From positions 1,600,001 through 1,664,000 of the forward strand of contig OY843592.1 of the NCBI GenBank assembly GCA_963692865.2: a stretch of DNA of 64,000 nucleotides, given 5' to 3'. The number at the start of each line of letters is the position of its first letter. The first letter of the stretch is position 1. The stretch comes from a bacterium (GTDB taxonomy: Bacteria > UBA8248). Positions 11,906 to 22,049 of the stretch are shown here, in pieces. The notes beneath the pieces are model-generated. The model did not search any database and was not told where the DNA came from. It worked only from the letters and a program-made list of their open reading frames with translations. The position numbers and the translations under genes were made by a program.

Positions 11906-13029
11906 AAATCGGGCTGCTCCGGGAAATCAAGCAGGACGAATACCGCGTCGCCTTGACGCCCGGGGCCGTTGAGGCTCTCGCGGAGGCGGGCCACGCCGTG
12001 ATGGTGGAAAAAGGCGCAGGCCTCGACGCCGGCATCGCGGATGCGGAATACGAGGCGGTGGGCGCGCGGGTTGTCCCCTCGGCCGAGGAGCTCTGGGCGG
12101 AGGGAGAGATGATCGTCAAGGTCAAGGAACCCCTGGAGCCGGAATTCCCGTTGATGCGCGAGGGGCAGATTCTGTTCGCCTTTTTGCATCTCGCCGCCTG
12201 CCCGCCCCTGGCGCGCGCGCTCGTGGAGAGCGGAGCCTGCGGCGTCGCGTTCGAGACGGTGACTTCGCCCGAGGGGGTTTTGCCCATCCTCCAGCCCATG
12301 AGCGAGATTGCGGGCCGGATGGCCGTTCAGGAAGGGGCCAAGTATCTGGGAAAGAACCTGGGGGGCCGCGGCGTTCTGCTGGCCGGGGCGCCGGGCGTTC
12401 CCCGTGGGAACGTGGTCATCCTGGGAGCCGGCATCGTGGGGAAGAACGCGGCCAAGATAGCGGTCGGGATGCACGCGGGCGTCACGGTGTTCGACATCAA
12501 CCACGCGCGGCTCGAATACATCGACGATATTTTCGACGGGCGCGTCAAGACGCTGGTCTCCACGCGCTTCACCATACGCGAGGCGCTTCGCGAGGCGGAC
12601 TTGGTTATCGGCGCGGTTTTGGTGCCGGGCGGGCGCACGCCGGTTCTGGTTTCGCGCGAAATGCTCGGGGAGATGAACCCCGGCGCCGTCATCGTGGACG
12701 TGGCGGTGGATCAGGGCGGCTGCGTGGAGACGATACGCCCCACCTATCACTCGGAGCCCACCTACGTCGTGGACGGCGTCGTCCACTACGGGGTGGCGAA
12801 CATGCCGGGCGTCGTCCCCCGCACGAGCGCCATCGCGCTCTCGAACGCCGTACTGCCCTACGCGCTGGAGTTGGCGAACTCCGGCCTGAAAGAAGCGGCG
12901 AGGCGCAATCCGCACTTGGCCTGCGGCCTGAACGTGGCCGGGGGGCGCATCACGCACGCGGGCGTGGCGGAAGCCCTGGGCGTGGAGGGCGCAAGCGCGG
13001 GAGAGGCGCTCGCCTGGAGGGGTTGTTGA
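11902..13029 (+). CDS. ald: Alanine dehydrogenase
   Basis: REIK..EYRVALTP, VKVKEP, PMSEIAGR, DVAVDQGGC and HYGVANMPG motifs. Confidence 0.95.
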   Translation: MKIGLLREIKQDEYRVALTPGAVEALAEAGHAVMVEKGAGLDAGIADAEYEAVGARVVPSAEELWAEGEMIVKVKEPLEPEFPLMREGQILFAFLHLAACPPLARALVESGACGVAFETVTSPEGVLPILQPMSEIAGRMAVQEGAKYLGKNLGGRGVLLAGAPGVPRGNVVILGAGIVGKNAAKIAVGMHAGVTVFDINHARLEYIDDIFDGRVKTLVSTRFTIREALREADLVIGAVLVPGGRTPVLVSREMLGEMNPGAVIVDVAVDQGGCVETIRPTYHSEPTYVVDGVVHYGVANMPGVVPRTSAIALSNAVLPYALELANSGLKEAARRNPHLACGLNVAGGRITHAGVAEALGVEGASAGEALAWRGC

Positions 13030-14270
13030 AAAAGTCCTTGCAGGTCAGTCGGTAATCCCGCCTTAGGTCAGACATATATGTCTGATATATCATGCGGCCC
13101 GGCCTTTTTCGCCTCTCCGGCAACGGGCCGCATGATATGCGGCCCCTACAATCCCCCAAAACCCCTTTGCCAGGGGGCTTTTCTTCCGCTTCCCCGCCGG
13201 GGCATTGCCTTTTTTACCTCCCTGACAAGGGGGGTAGGGGGGGTGGTTTTCCAGCCGAGAGGGATGTCTCCTCTACCCCTCGCGGGGAAGTCGTCTGAAA
13301 AGCAGGCGGGTGTGCGCAAGGGCGATGGTTTCGTAGGGGCCGTTCGAGAACGTCCCACATTCGGGAACGGCCCCTGCAATCGAGATTACACGCCGTCATT
13401 CCGGCGCATGCCGGAATCCAGGGACTTTGCTTTTGAATTCGTCTTTTCGCATGATTGTTTTTCATGGTCGTCCTGCGGTTCGAAATTCACATCGGCTCTG
13501 GATTCCGGCATGCGCCGGAATGACGATCAAAACCGTCGAACCCTCCTCGCGGGTCGGACATATATGTCCGACCCGCAAAATCAACCACTCCCCGGTATGA
13601 CGGCGACGGGATACCGCCTTGCCGGAGGGTGTGTAGGGGTCGCATACCATGCGACCCTGATTTTCTCCACAAGGCGGGCCGCATGATATGTCGGACATAT
13701 ATGTCTGACCTACAAAAACCTTTCCTCCCCGGTCGCGTAAAACACTCGTTTATCAGGACTTTTTCAACAGCCCCTTGTCAGGGGGTATAAAAGGGCAACG
13801 TCCCTCACCGGGTCGGGGGGTAGAAAAAGACGGTGCGCCTTGCCGAGCCAAGGGGGTATGAAAAGGCGGCGCGCTCCAGCCGGGTGGAGGGGTTTTGCTT
13901 TTTCTTACCCCCCTGACAAAGGGGCTGTTGAAAAAGCCCCGCCAAGGGCAACGAACGCTCCTTTCCCGGTCGCGTCGAACCCTCATTCCTCAATCGGGTT
14001 CGACCCCCGCAAACCGCCAACGCCTCTTTCTTCACGCTGAGTAGCCACCGAAGGTGGCGTATCGAAGGGCGAGAGGAGCCGAACGCCTCGCGCCGAGCAA
14101 GAGGCAATCGCTCCCGCATTGGTTGCGATTGACCTTCGATACGCGGCTTCGCCGCTACTCAGGATGAGGCAAGGAGGACTTTTTCAACAACCCCGACAAG
14201 GGGGGGCAGGGGGGTTGGTTTTCAGGCCGGGAACAGGGGGCCCCCTCAAGGGGGGAGTGAAGTTGAAGTT
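13019..14270. repeat. Mosaic repeat cluster A: two inverted-repeat-bounded units (13019-13774 and 13921-14194) carrying REP-like palindromes
   Basis: GGGGTTGTTGAAAAA...TTTTTCAACAGCCCC ends; GTAG-type, CGTCATTCCGG-type, CTGAG..CGAAGG-type and CCCCC..GGGGG palindromes that recur in other clusters. Confidence 0.85.
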
Positions 14271-14296
14271 CTTCCCGGTAGAGGGTATCCCCTCGC

Positions 14297-15013
14297 CTAG
14301 CCGCTCTCAGCCGGGGGGCTTTCGTTTTCAGACGTTCTCTTGATGAGGTCCAGCACGAATTTCCCCTGAATTTCCAGGTGCCTGATCACCAGGCGCTCGG
14401 CGCCTCTCCCGTCGTCGTCGAGAATGGCCTGCAGAATTTCGCGGTGCTCGGCCATGGAGCCCTCGAGACGTCCGGGCGCATGGAGCGTGACCACGCGGGT
14501 CTTCATGATCTGCTGCCTGAGGTTCCCGATGAGCCCCTGGAGGCGCGAGTTCCCGCAGGCGCTCGTGATGTGTCGATGGAAATCACGGTTCGCCGCCCAA
14601 TAGGCGTCCACCTCTCCGCGCTCGTGGCGCCGCTTCAAGCGCTCGAAATGTTCATGGAGCTTTCCGTTCGCCTTCCCCTCGCGGAGGTTCGGGGTCGCCA
14701 GGCGCGTGGCGAGGCCCTCCAGCACGCTCGTGATGGCGTAGATGTCCAGCACCTCGTCCTCGCTCACGAGGCTCACGTGCGCCCCCTTGTGCGGGACGAC
14801 GGTGATGTAGCCTTCCGCCGCGAGTTCCCGGAAGGCTTCGCGCAGCGGCGTTCTGCTCACGCCCATGGATTCCGTGAGCGTCGTCTCGACCAGCTTGTCT
14901 CCCGGCTGGAAGATGCCGTTCAGGATGGCGTCCTTTATCTGCTCGGAGGCCATCTTGCTCAGGGATTTGGGTTTTTCGATCTGGACGCCCGGTATACGCA
15001 TATCAATCCCCAA
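14297..15013 (-). CDS. GntR-family transcriptional regulator with FCD domain
   Basis: HTH region MGVSRTPLREA; FCD features N..FH and EH..I..A. Confidence 0.93.
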   Translation of the reverse strand: MGIDMRIPGVQIEKPKSLSKMASEQIKDAILNGIFQPGDKLVETTLTESMGVSRTPLREAFRELAAEGYITVVPHKGAHVSLVSEDEVLDIYAITSVLEGLATRLATPNLREGKANGKLHEHFERLKRRHERGEVDAYWAANRDFHRHITSACGNSRLQGLIGNLRQQIMKTRVVTLHAPGRLEGSMAEHREILQAILDDDGRGAERLVIRHLEIQGKFVLDLIKRTSENESPPAESG

Positions 15014-15026
15014 ACGACCCCTTGTA

Positions 15027-15279
15027 AGATTGTTGAAACAGTCCCCTAAAAGCAGGGAATGGATTTCTCAATCGACATACGCATCATGAAACCACTCCCC
15101 CCTTGAGGGGGCTGTTGAAAAACCCGGAGAGAGACAATTTGTTTGTAGGGGCCGCATATCATGCGGCCCGCCGCCGGAGGGGCGAAAATGCCGGGCCGCA
15201 TGATATGCGGCCCCTACAAAAACCTTTCCTCCCCGGTCGCGTAAAACACTCGTTCATCAGGACCTTTTCAACAGCCCCC
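15027..15279. repeat. Mosaic repeat cluster B, including inverted-repeat-bounded unit 15107-15279 with a GTAG REP doublet at 15145-15217
   Basis: GTAGGGGCCGCATATCATGCGGCCC...GGGCCGCATGATATGCGGCCCCTAC; 15030-15110 is also similar to 23203-23280. Confidence 0.85.
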
Positions 15280-15338
15280 GTATGGAGCGTTGACGGCCGG
15301 ATGCCGGAGAAGCCTCCGAAAGTATCCATGCTTTCCCC

Positions 15339-16529
15339 TCATACCACGCCTTCATCCCGGAGGGCGCTTCTTTGCGCCTCGTCCATGCCGAGGACGGATT
15401 CGAGCACCTCGTCGGTGTGCTGGCCCAGCGCGGGCGGGGGCGTGCGCACGGCGCCCGGGGTCTCGGAGAGCTTGATGGGAACGCCGGTCACCTTCGTGGG
15501 ACCGGCGACGGGCACGTCTACGTCCACCACCATCTCGCGCGCGAGCACCTGGGGGTCGCTCAACACCTGCGCGAGGTTGTTGATGGGGCCGCACGGGATG
15601 CCCGCTCCCCGCAGGGTTTCGAGCGTCTCTCCCACCGTCTTCCCGGCGAAGAAGGCGTCGAGAATCTCCTGGAGCTCCAGGCGGTTGTCCACCCGGTCCT
15701 TGTTGACGGCGAACTTTGGGTCTTCCTTGATGTCCCCCAGCCCCATGGCGTCGCAGAACCTGCGCCAGAGGCTGTCGTTGCCCACGCCGAGGTTGAAGTA
15801 TCCGTCCCTGCACGCATACATCTCGTACGGCGTGATGGAGGGATGCTTGTTCCCCCGCCTGGGCGGAAGCTTTCCGGTCCCGAAGTAGTTGTTCGCGTGG
15901 TAGGTCAGCAGGGCCACCTGCCCGTCGAGCATGCCGACGTCGACCATCTGCCCCACGCCCGTCTTCTCGCGGTGGTAGAGGGAGAGCAGAACCCCCTGGG
16001 CGGCGAGCATTCCCGCCGTGATGTCCGCGATGGACGCGCCGAATTTGCTCGGCGGGCCGTCGGGCTCTCCGGTGATGCTCATGATCCCGCCCTCGCCCTG
16101 GATGACCACGTCGAAGCCGGGCTCGCTCCTTCTGGGGCCCGTCTGGCCGAAGCCCGAGAGCGAGGCGAAAATGACCGCGGGGTTGATGCGGTGAATTTCC
16201 TCCCAGGAAAAGCCGAGCTTGTCCAGCGCGCCGGGCCTGAAATTCTCCACGACGACATCGCCTTTGCGGATCAAATCCCGCAGAAGCTCCTTGCCGCGCT
16301 CGTCCTTCAGGTTGAGCGTGAGGCTTTTCTTGTTGCGGTTGATCGAGATGAAGTACGTGCTCACCCCGTTCAGAAAGGGAGGCCCCCAGCCCCGCGTGTC
16401 GTCCCCGCCCTTGGGATGTTCGATCTTGATGATTTCCGCGCCCATGTCGCCCAGCATCATGGTGCAGTAGGGTCCCGCGAGAATTCGCGTGAGGTCGACG
16501 ACCCGGATTCCTTCCAGTGGTCCAGCCAT
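15339..16529 (-). CDS. Class III CoA-transferase (CaiB/BaiF family)
   Basis: GPYCTMMLGDMGAEIIKIE, NRNKKS, VENFRPG and PALGQHT motifs. Confidence 0.95.
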   Translation of the reverse strand: MAGPLEGIRVVDLTRILAGPYCTMMLGDMGAEIIKIEHPKGGDDTRGWGPPFLNGVSTYFISINRNKKSLTLNLKDERGKELLRDLIRKGDVVVENFRPGALDKLGFSWEEIHRINPAVIFASLSGFGQTGPRRSEPGFDVVIQGEGGIMSITGEPDGPPSKFGASIADITAGMLAAQGVLLSLYHREKTGVGQMVDVGMLDGQVALLTYHANNYFGTGKLPPRRGNKHPSITPYEMYACRDGYFNLGVGNDSLWRRFCDAMGLGDIKEDPKFAVNKDRVDNRLELQEILDAFFAGKTVGETLETLRGAGIPCGPINNLAQVLSDPQVLAREMVVDVDVPVAGPTKVTGVPIKLSETPGAVRTPPPALGQHTDEVLESVLGMDEAQRSALRDEGVV

Positions 16530-16542
16530 GAGTGTCGCTCCG

Positions 16543-17667
16543 TCAGGTTCGGATGAGTGAAATCAGCACGCCGGCCGCAATCGCCGAGCCGATGACGCCC
16601 GCCACGTTGGGGCCCATCGCGTGCATGAGCAGAAAATTTCCCGGATTCTCGTCGGCCCCCACCTTCTGGACGACGCGCGCCGCCATGGGAACCGCGCTCA
16701 CGCCCGCAGCGCCGATGAGCGGATTGATCGGCGTGCGGCTGAACGCGGCCATGATCTTGCCGAATATCACGCCGGTGGCCGTGCCGATGCCGAAGGCGAT
16801 GAAGCCCAGCAGGAGGATGCCGATGGTCTGCCACTTGAGAAAAGTCTCGGCCGTCATCGAGGCGCCCACCGAGACGCCGAGGAAAATCGTCACGATGTTG
16901 AGCAGCGCGTCTTCGGAGGTCTTCAGGAGCCTCTCCACGACGCCGCACTCGCGGAAGAGGTTCCCGAGCATGAGCATCCCGATGAGGGGCGCCGCCGAGG
17001 GCAGGAGAAGGCCCGTGAGCAGCGTCGTGACGATGGGGAAGAGGATGCGGACGGGCTTTTCGATCTCCTTGAGTTGCATCATCTCCCGCGAGCGCTCCTC
17101 CCCGGTGGTGAGCGCCTTCATGATGGGGGGCTGAATCATCGGGACGAGCGCCATGTAGCTGTAGGCGGCGACGGCGATGGGGCCGAGCAGGTGGGGCGCC
17201 AGCTTCGAGGCGGTGTAGATGGCCGTGGGGCCGTCCGCGCCGCCGATGATGCCGATGGCGCCCGCTTCCGAGAGGTTGAAGCCCAGGAATATGCTCCCGA
17301 GCAGCGTGGCGAAGATGCCGAACTGCGCCGCCGCGCCCAGGAGCAGCGTCTTGGGGTTCGCCAGCAGCGGCCCGAAATCCGTGAGCGCCCCGATGCCCAT
17401 GAAGATCAAAGGCGGGAACACGCCCGCCTTCACCCCGAAGTAGAAATAGTTGATGAGGCCGCCTTTGTCGAAAATACCGGTTTCGGGCAGGTTCGAGAGC
17501 AGCATGCCGAACCCGATGGGCACCAGCAGCAGGGGCTCGAAGCCCTTGTGGATGGCCAGGTAGAGCAGGAGGCAGGAAATGCCGAGCATGAGGGCGTCGC
17601 CCGCGCCCAGCGACGAGAACCCGGTGAGGGAGATGAACTCGGCGACCGAGTGGAACAGGCGGCTCAT
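16543..17667 (-). CDS. Na+-translocating decarboxylase beta subunit (OadB/MmdB/GcdB family)
   Basis: [31 protein letters not shown] and [12 protein letters not shown] motifs; start MSRLFH at 17667. Confidence 0.95.
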   Translation of the reverse strand: MSRLFHSVAEFISLTGFSSLGAGDALMLGISCLLLYLAIHKGFEPLLLVPIGFGMLLSNLPETGIFDKGGLINYFYFGVKAGVFPPLIFMGIGALTDFGPLLANPKTLLLGAAAQFGIFATLLGSIFLGFNLSEAGAIGIIGGADGPTAIYTASKLAPHLLGPIAVAAYSYMALVPMIQPPIMKALTTGEERSREMMQLKEIEKPVRILFPIVTTLLTGLLLPSAAPLIGMLMLGNLFRECGVVERLLKTSEDALLNIVTIFLGVSVGASMTAETFLKWQTIGILLLGFIAFGIGTATGVIFGKIMAAFSRTPINPLIGAAGVSAVPMAARVVQKVGADENPGNFLLMHAMGPNVAGVIGSAIAAGVLISLIRT

Positions 17668-18071
17668 GAGACCTCCAGCAGCAGTTGGGAGGCGTCCACC
17701 TTGTCGCCCTTGCGAACGTGAACCGCCTGCACGACGCAGTCCGAATCCGCGAGGATCACGTTCTCCATCTTCATCGCTTCCAGCACCAGAAGCGTATCCC
17801 CGGCTCTCGCCGAATCGCCCGGGGCGACCTCGACGGAGAGCACCACGCCCGGAAGGGGAGCGAGTATCCTGCCGCCGACGTTCGCCGCCCTGGGCGCGGA
17901 CTTGCGCGCGGCGGCGGAGGGACGGGGAGCGGCGGCGGCCTTCTCCTCCTCTTCCACCTGAACGCGATGCGTCTGTCCGTCCACCGTGATTTCGAGTTCG
18001 TTCGAGCCGGGGCCGCGCTCCACGCTCACCGCGTAGCGTTTTCCGTTGATGGTCAGATGGAAATTTCTCAC
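17664..18071 (-). CDS. Biotin carboxyl carrier subunit (MmdC/GcdC-like)
   Basis: EAMKM biotinylation motif and Ala/Pro-rich linker. Confidence 0.94.
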   Translation of the reverse strand: MRNFHLTINGKRYAVSVERGPGSNELEITVDGQTHRVQVEEEEKAAAAPRPSAAARKSAPRAANVGGRILAPLPGVVLSVEVAPGDSARAGDTLLVLEAMKMENVILADSDCVVQAVHVRKGDKVDASQLLLEVS

Positions 18072-18388
18072 CGCCGCCTCCGCCGGCTGATTTGGCCCTG
18101 GCGGGCGGTTCGCGCCCAGAGGGAATTCGCGTTCCGGCGCACCGGGGGAACGTACGCCTCCGGTGTTTCGGTTTCGAGGAAATAACCGGCGGCGGCGGCG
18201 AGAACGAGTTCCATATCTTCGCCTTCAGACGAGGTTTTCTGCTCCTCGTCGCCCGAGCCTGTTTCTCCACTTCCCGAGCCGAAGAATTTCTCCAGAAGCA
18301 TGATGACCGCCATCAGCACGATCAGGGAGCCGAAGACGACGCCCATGCCGATGATCGTCAGCAAAAATCCGGGTATGAATGCGTCCAC
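18068..18388 (-). CDS. OadG/MmdD-like membrane subunit
   Basis: N-terminal hydrophobic segment IGMGVVF..L; C-terminal W...AR; position in the decarboxylase operon. Confidence 0.85.
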   Translation of the reverse strand: MDAFIPGFLLTIIGMGVVFGSLIVLMAVIMLLEKFFGSGSGETGSGDEEQKTSSEGEDMELVLAAAAGYFLETETPEAYVPPVRRNANSLWARTARQGQISRRRRR

Positions 18389-18404
18389 GGGGTAATCCTT
18401 ATCC

Positions 18405-19967
18405 TTAAAGCGGAATGTTTCCGTGTTTTTTCCGCGGCCTGTCCTCGCGCTTGTGCGCGGTCATCTCCAAGGCGCGGATGAGCGCCCCCCTCGTCCGGCG
18501 CGGCTCGATGATGACGTCCACCAGCCCGTATTTCGCCGCCGTGTAGGGCGTGGCGAAAAGGCTTCGGTATTCCGCTATCTTCTCCGCCCGCATCTTCTCG
18601 GGGTCCTCTGCTTCGCCGATCTCGCGCCGGAAGATGACGTTGGCCGCCCCTTCGGGACCCATCACGGCGATCTCGGCGAACGGATACGCCAGCACCCGGT
18701 CGTAGCCCAGGCCGAACCCGCTCATGGCGATGTAGGCGCCGCCGTAGCTCTTGCGGACGATGAGCGCGATTTTCGGCACGTTCGCCTCGCTGTAGGCGAA
18801 GAGCACCTTGGCCCCGTGGCGGATGACGCCGCCGTATTCCTGCTGGGCGCCGGGCAGGTAGCCGGGTACGTCCACGAAGTTGACGAGGGGGAGGTTGAAG
18901 GCGTCGCAGAAGCGCACGAAACGCGCGAGCTTGTCGGAGCTGTCGATGTCCAGGACGCCGGCCAGGTGCGCGGGCTGGTTCCCCACGACGCCGACGGGCC
19001 TTCCCTTAAGGCGCGCGAACCCGACGACGATGTTCTTGGCGAAATCGGCCTGAACCTCCAGGAAATCGCCCTCGTCGAAGACGTTGGCCACCAGATCGCG
19101 CACGTCGTAGGCGCTCGTGGCCTCCTGCGGGACGACCCCGTCGAGTTCGGGGTTCTCGTCCGGCGGCCACGCGGGCGGGTCGGACAGGGGAGGGTCGTCC
19201 AGGTTGTTCGAGGGCAGGAAGGAGAGCAGCTTCTTCACCGTCTCGAAGCACTCGCGCTCGTCCCTGGCGAGGAAATGCGCGTTCCCGCTCGTCGAGTTGT
19301 GCACCGCGCCGCCGCCCAGCTCCTCGACGGATACGTCTTCTCCCGTCACCGCCTTGATGACTTCCGGCCCCGTGATGAACATCTTGCTCAGCCCGTCGAC
19401 CATGAAGACGAAGTCCGTGATGGCGGGCGAGTAGACGGCGCCGCCCGCGCAGGGGCCGACGATGACCGATATCTGCGGAATCACGCCCGACGCCTGGGTG
19501 TTGTTGTGGAAGATTTGCGCGTAGCCGTGGAGCGCCAGGACGCCCTCGTGGATGCGCGCGCCGCCCGAATCGAGGATGGTGACGATGGGCGCGCCCGCCT
19601 TCATGGCGAGTTCCTGCACCTTCACGATTTTTTCCGCGTGCATCTCCCCCAGCGAGCCGCCGAGGGCGCCGAAATCCTGCGAGGCCACGAAGACGAGCTG
19701 GCCGTTCACGTACCCGCTGCCCGTGATGACGCCGTCGCCCGGCGTGCGGCGCTTGTCCATCCCGAAATCCGTCGCGCGCGTCTCCACGAAAAGGTTGAGT
19801 TCGGAGAAACTACCGGGGTCGAGGAGCAGGTCGACCCGCTCCCTGGCGGTCAGCTTCCCCTGCTTGTGCTGGCGCTCTTTCGCCGCCTCGCCGCCCAGCG
19901 CCTGCGCCTCCGAGGTGAGGGCTTTCAGTTCGTCTATCGGGTCCGGTCGATTCGGATCGGGCGGCAA
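18405..19967 (-). CDS. Acyl-CoA carboxyltransferase subunit (MmdA/PccB-like)
   Basis: GKLTARER, DSGGARI.EG, CAGGAVYSPA and KKHGNIPL motifs; TTG start at 19967 after AGGAG. Confidence 0.93.
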   Translation of the reverse strand: MPPDPNRPDPIDELKALTSEAQALGGEAAKERQHKQGKLTARERVDLLLDPGSFSELNLFVETRATDFGMDKRRTPGDGVITGSGYVNGQLVFVASQDFGALGGSLGEMHAEKIVKVQELAMKAGAPIVTILDSGGARIHEGVLALHGYAQIFHNNTQASGVIPQISVIVGPCAGGAVYSPAITDFVFMVDGLSKMFITGPEVIKAVTGEDVSVEELGGGAVHNSTSGNAHFLARDERECFETVKKLLSFLPSNNLDDPPLSDPPAWPPDENPELDGVVPQEATSAYDVRDLVANVFDEGDFLEVQADFAKNIVVGFARLKGRPVGVVGNQPAHLAGVLDIDSSDKLARFVRFCDAFNLPLVNFVDVPGYLPGAQQEYGGVIRHGAKVLFAYSEANVPKIALIVRKSYGGAYIAMSGFGLGYDRVLAYPFAEIAVMGPEGAANVIFRREIGEAEDPEKMRAEKIAEYRSLFATPYTAAKYGLVDVIIEPRRTRGALIRALEMTAHKREDRPRKKHGNIPL

Positions 19968-19984
19968 CGCTCTTCTCCTGAAAG

Positions 19985-19999
19985 TGTATATTGCATACA
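19985..19999. promoter_or_regulatory. Candidate GntR/FCD operator palindrome
   Basis: TGTATATTGCATACA immediately upstream of the decarboxylase operon RBS. Confidence 0.45.
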
Positions 20000-20108
20000 A
20001 TCAGCTTTGGGCCGCAAAGTCAAGGGTTTTCAAAAGCCTCGGGAGATATTTTCGGGAGAAAACCGGCGGGGGGGGGAGTGATTGTATATCTCGCGAGGGA
20101 CGGGATTA

Positions 20109-21033
20109 ACCCTCAGGGGGGAGTGTTTCTTCTCTTTCATCGTTCGGACATAACCCAAAAGGGGGAGTGAATTTCTTCTCTCGTCGGTATGCAATGACCC
20201 TCAAGGGGCTGTTGAAAAAGCCTGTTCCGGGGTCGGGCGGACACACAGGTCCGCCCCTGCGTTTCGTTTCGCAGAGGTTGGCAGGTCAGACATATATGTC
20301 TGACATATCATGCGACCCGTATTGTGAAGGCGAAAAGGCAGGGCCGCATGATATGCGGCCCCTACGGTGAGATCCCGACCGGCCCGCAAGGGGTTTTTCA
20401 ACAAACCCGTTAAGGGGGGTAGGGGGGGTTGATTTCAAGCCGGGGAAGGACGAGGGCCTGTCCCTACATTCCCCTCGCGTCAATTCCTCCTCCTCGTGCC
20501 TGCGTAGCCCACCCTCCGCTTCACCCTGAGTAGCGGCGAAGCCGCGTATCGAAGGGCGAAGTTCGAGCTTGCGGGGTCAAACACGATTGATGAATGAGTG
20601 TTTGCGCGCCTCCTATCCTTCGATACGGCGCATGCGCGCCTACTCAGGATGAGGGTTCGGGGCGCCCTTCGATACAAACGCGCCTTTCACGAGGTTGTTG
20701 AAAAAGTCCTCCTCGGTCCGAATTGAGTACCGCCGTCATTCCAGCGAAAGCCGGAATGACGGCGTGTAATCTCGATTGTAGGGGCCGCATATCATGCGGC
20801 CCGTTGCCGGAGAGGCGAAAAAAGCCGGGCCGCATGATATGTCAGACATATATGTCTGACCTACGGCGGGATTACCGACCGGCCCGCAAGGACTTTTTCA
20901 ACAACCCCGTTAAGGGGGGGGGTAGGGGGGGGTGATTTCAAGCCGGAGAAGGACGAGGGACAGGCGCGGGGACCTGTCCCTACGGTCGTCATGATGGTTG
21001 TAACGTAGTGGGCCGTTCTTGAGAACGGCCCAC
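20109..21033. repeat. Mosaic repeat cluster C, with inverted-repeat-bounded units at 20205-20408 and 20691-20908
   Basis: 20775-20908 is a near-exact reverse complement of 13019-13153; direct repeat at about 20407-20467 and 20907-20983. Confidence 0.85.
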
Positions 21034-21086
21034 GCGGAGAAACGAGCGCTTCACGAAGCAAACATTCGCCGTCCGCCCGAATCGCC

Positions 21087-22001
21087 TCAGGACGCCGTTT
21101 CCCATTCGGGGATGCCGGCGTGGAGGAGTTGACCCGGAAGCTGGCGGTTCAGGACCTTCTCCGCGTGGGCGACGGCCTCGAGGAGTTTCGGCAGGTCGAC
21201 CCCCGTTTCAATCCCCATCTCATGGAGCATGTTGATCGCATCCTCGCTCGCGATGTTCCCGGTAGCGCGCGGGGCGAAGGGGCAGCCGCCCAGGCCGCCG
21301 ATGGACGCGTCGAACGTGTCGATACCGACTTCGAGGCCCGCCAGCAGGTTGGCGAGGCCGGCCCCCCTCGTGTTGTGGAGGTGCAGCGCGTAGCGCACGG
21401 ATGGGAATTTTTCGCGTATGTGCGTGGTGAGCCTCTTGATCTCCGCCGGGTTTGTCATGCCCACGGTGTCGGCCAGGCCGATCTCCGCACAGCCCATGTC
21501 CACGTATTCGCCGACTACCCACTCCACGTCCCCATACGAAATGCGCCCCTCGTACGGGCAGCCGAACGCGGCGACCACGCCGCCCCGGAGCTTGAGGCCC
21601 GCGTCCAGCGCCATCCCGGCGACTTCGCGGGCGACGCCGAGCATCGTTTCCCGGCTCGCGCGGATGTTCTTCTGGTTGAACGTCTCGCTGGCGGCGACGA
21701 AGAGCATGACGCCGTCCAGTTCGCATTCGAGGGCGCGCTCCATGCCGCGCACGTTGGGAACCAGCGCCTCGTACTCGGCGTCGGGGCTGCGTTTGCAGCC
21801 AGCCAGCACCTCCTGAGCGTCCCTCATCTGGGGGACGTGCCTGGGACTCACGAAGCTCGTCACCTCGACCCGGCGGACGCCCGCGTCGGTGATGGCGTCG
21901 AGAAGCCGTATCTTGTCCTCGGGCGTGATGTAGGTTTTTTCGTTCTGGAGGCCGTCTCGCGTGCCGACCTCGACGATACCGACCTTCGTGGGGAGACTCA
22001 T
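21087..22001 (-). CDS. Hydroxymethylglutaryl-CoA lyase family protein (DRE-TIM)
   Basis: EVGTRDGLQNE, LADTVG, LHLHNTRG and GGLGGCPFAP motifs. Confidence 0.92.
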   Translation of the reverse strand: MSLPTKVGIVEVGTRDGLQNEKTYITPEDKIRLLDAITDAGVRRVEVTSFVSPRHVPQMRDAQEVLAGCKRSPDAEYEALVPNVRGMERALECELDGVMLFVAASETFNQKNIRASRETMLGVAREVAGMALDAGLKLRGGVVAAFGCPYEGRISYGDVEWVVGEYVDMGCAEIGLADTVGMTNPAEIKRLTTHIREKFPSVRYALHLHNTRGAGLANLLAGLEVGIDTFDASIGGLGGCPFAPRATGNIASEDAINMLHEMGIETGVDLPKLLEAVAHAEKVLNRQLPGQLLHAGIPEWETAS

Positions 22002-22049
22002 CGGGTTCCCTCTCCTGAGCAGTTTGATAATGCGTTCGTTCTTGCAGTC

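Noticed and set aside
13078-13698. ORFs within the repeat clusters, such as the recurring MSDISCGP and MICQTYMSD peptides
   Set aside because: They are translations of palindromic repeats in several frames and on both strands, with no RBS or domain features.
13019-14270. Possible CRISPR array or integron attC array in the repeat clusters
   Set aside because: There are no regularly spaced identical direct repeats with unique spacers, no cas or integrase gene and no cassette ORFs; the repeats are inverted doublets with reused linkers.
17668-18270. N-terminal extension of the decarboxylase beta subunit (575-aa ORF)
   Set aside because: It overlaps the biotin carrier and OadG-like genes in another frame; the likely start is 17667.
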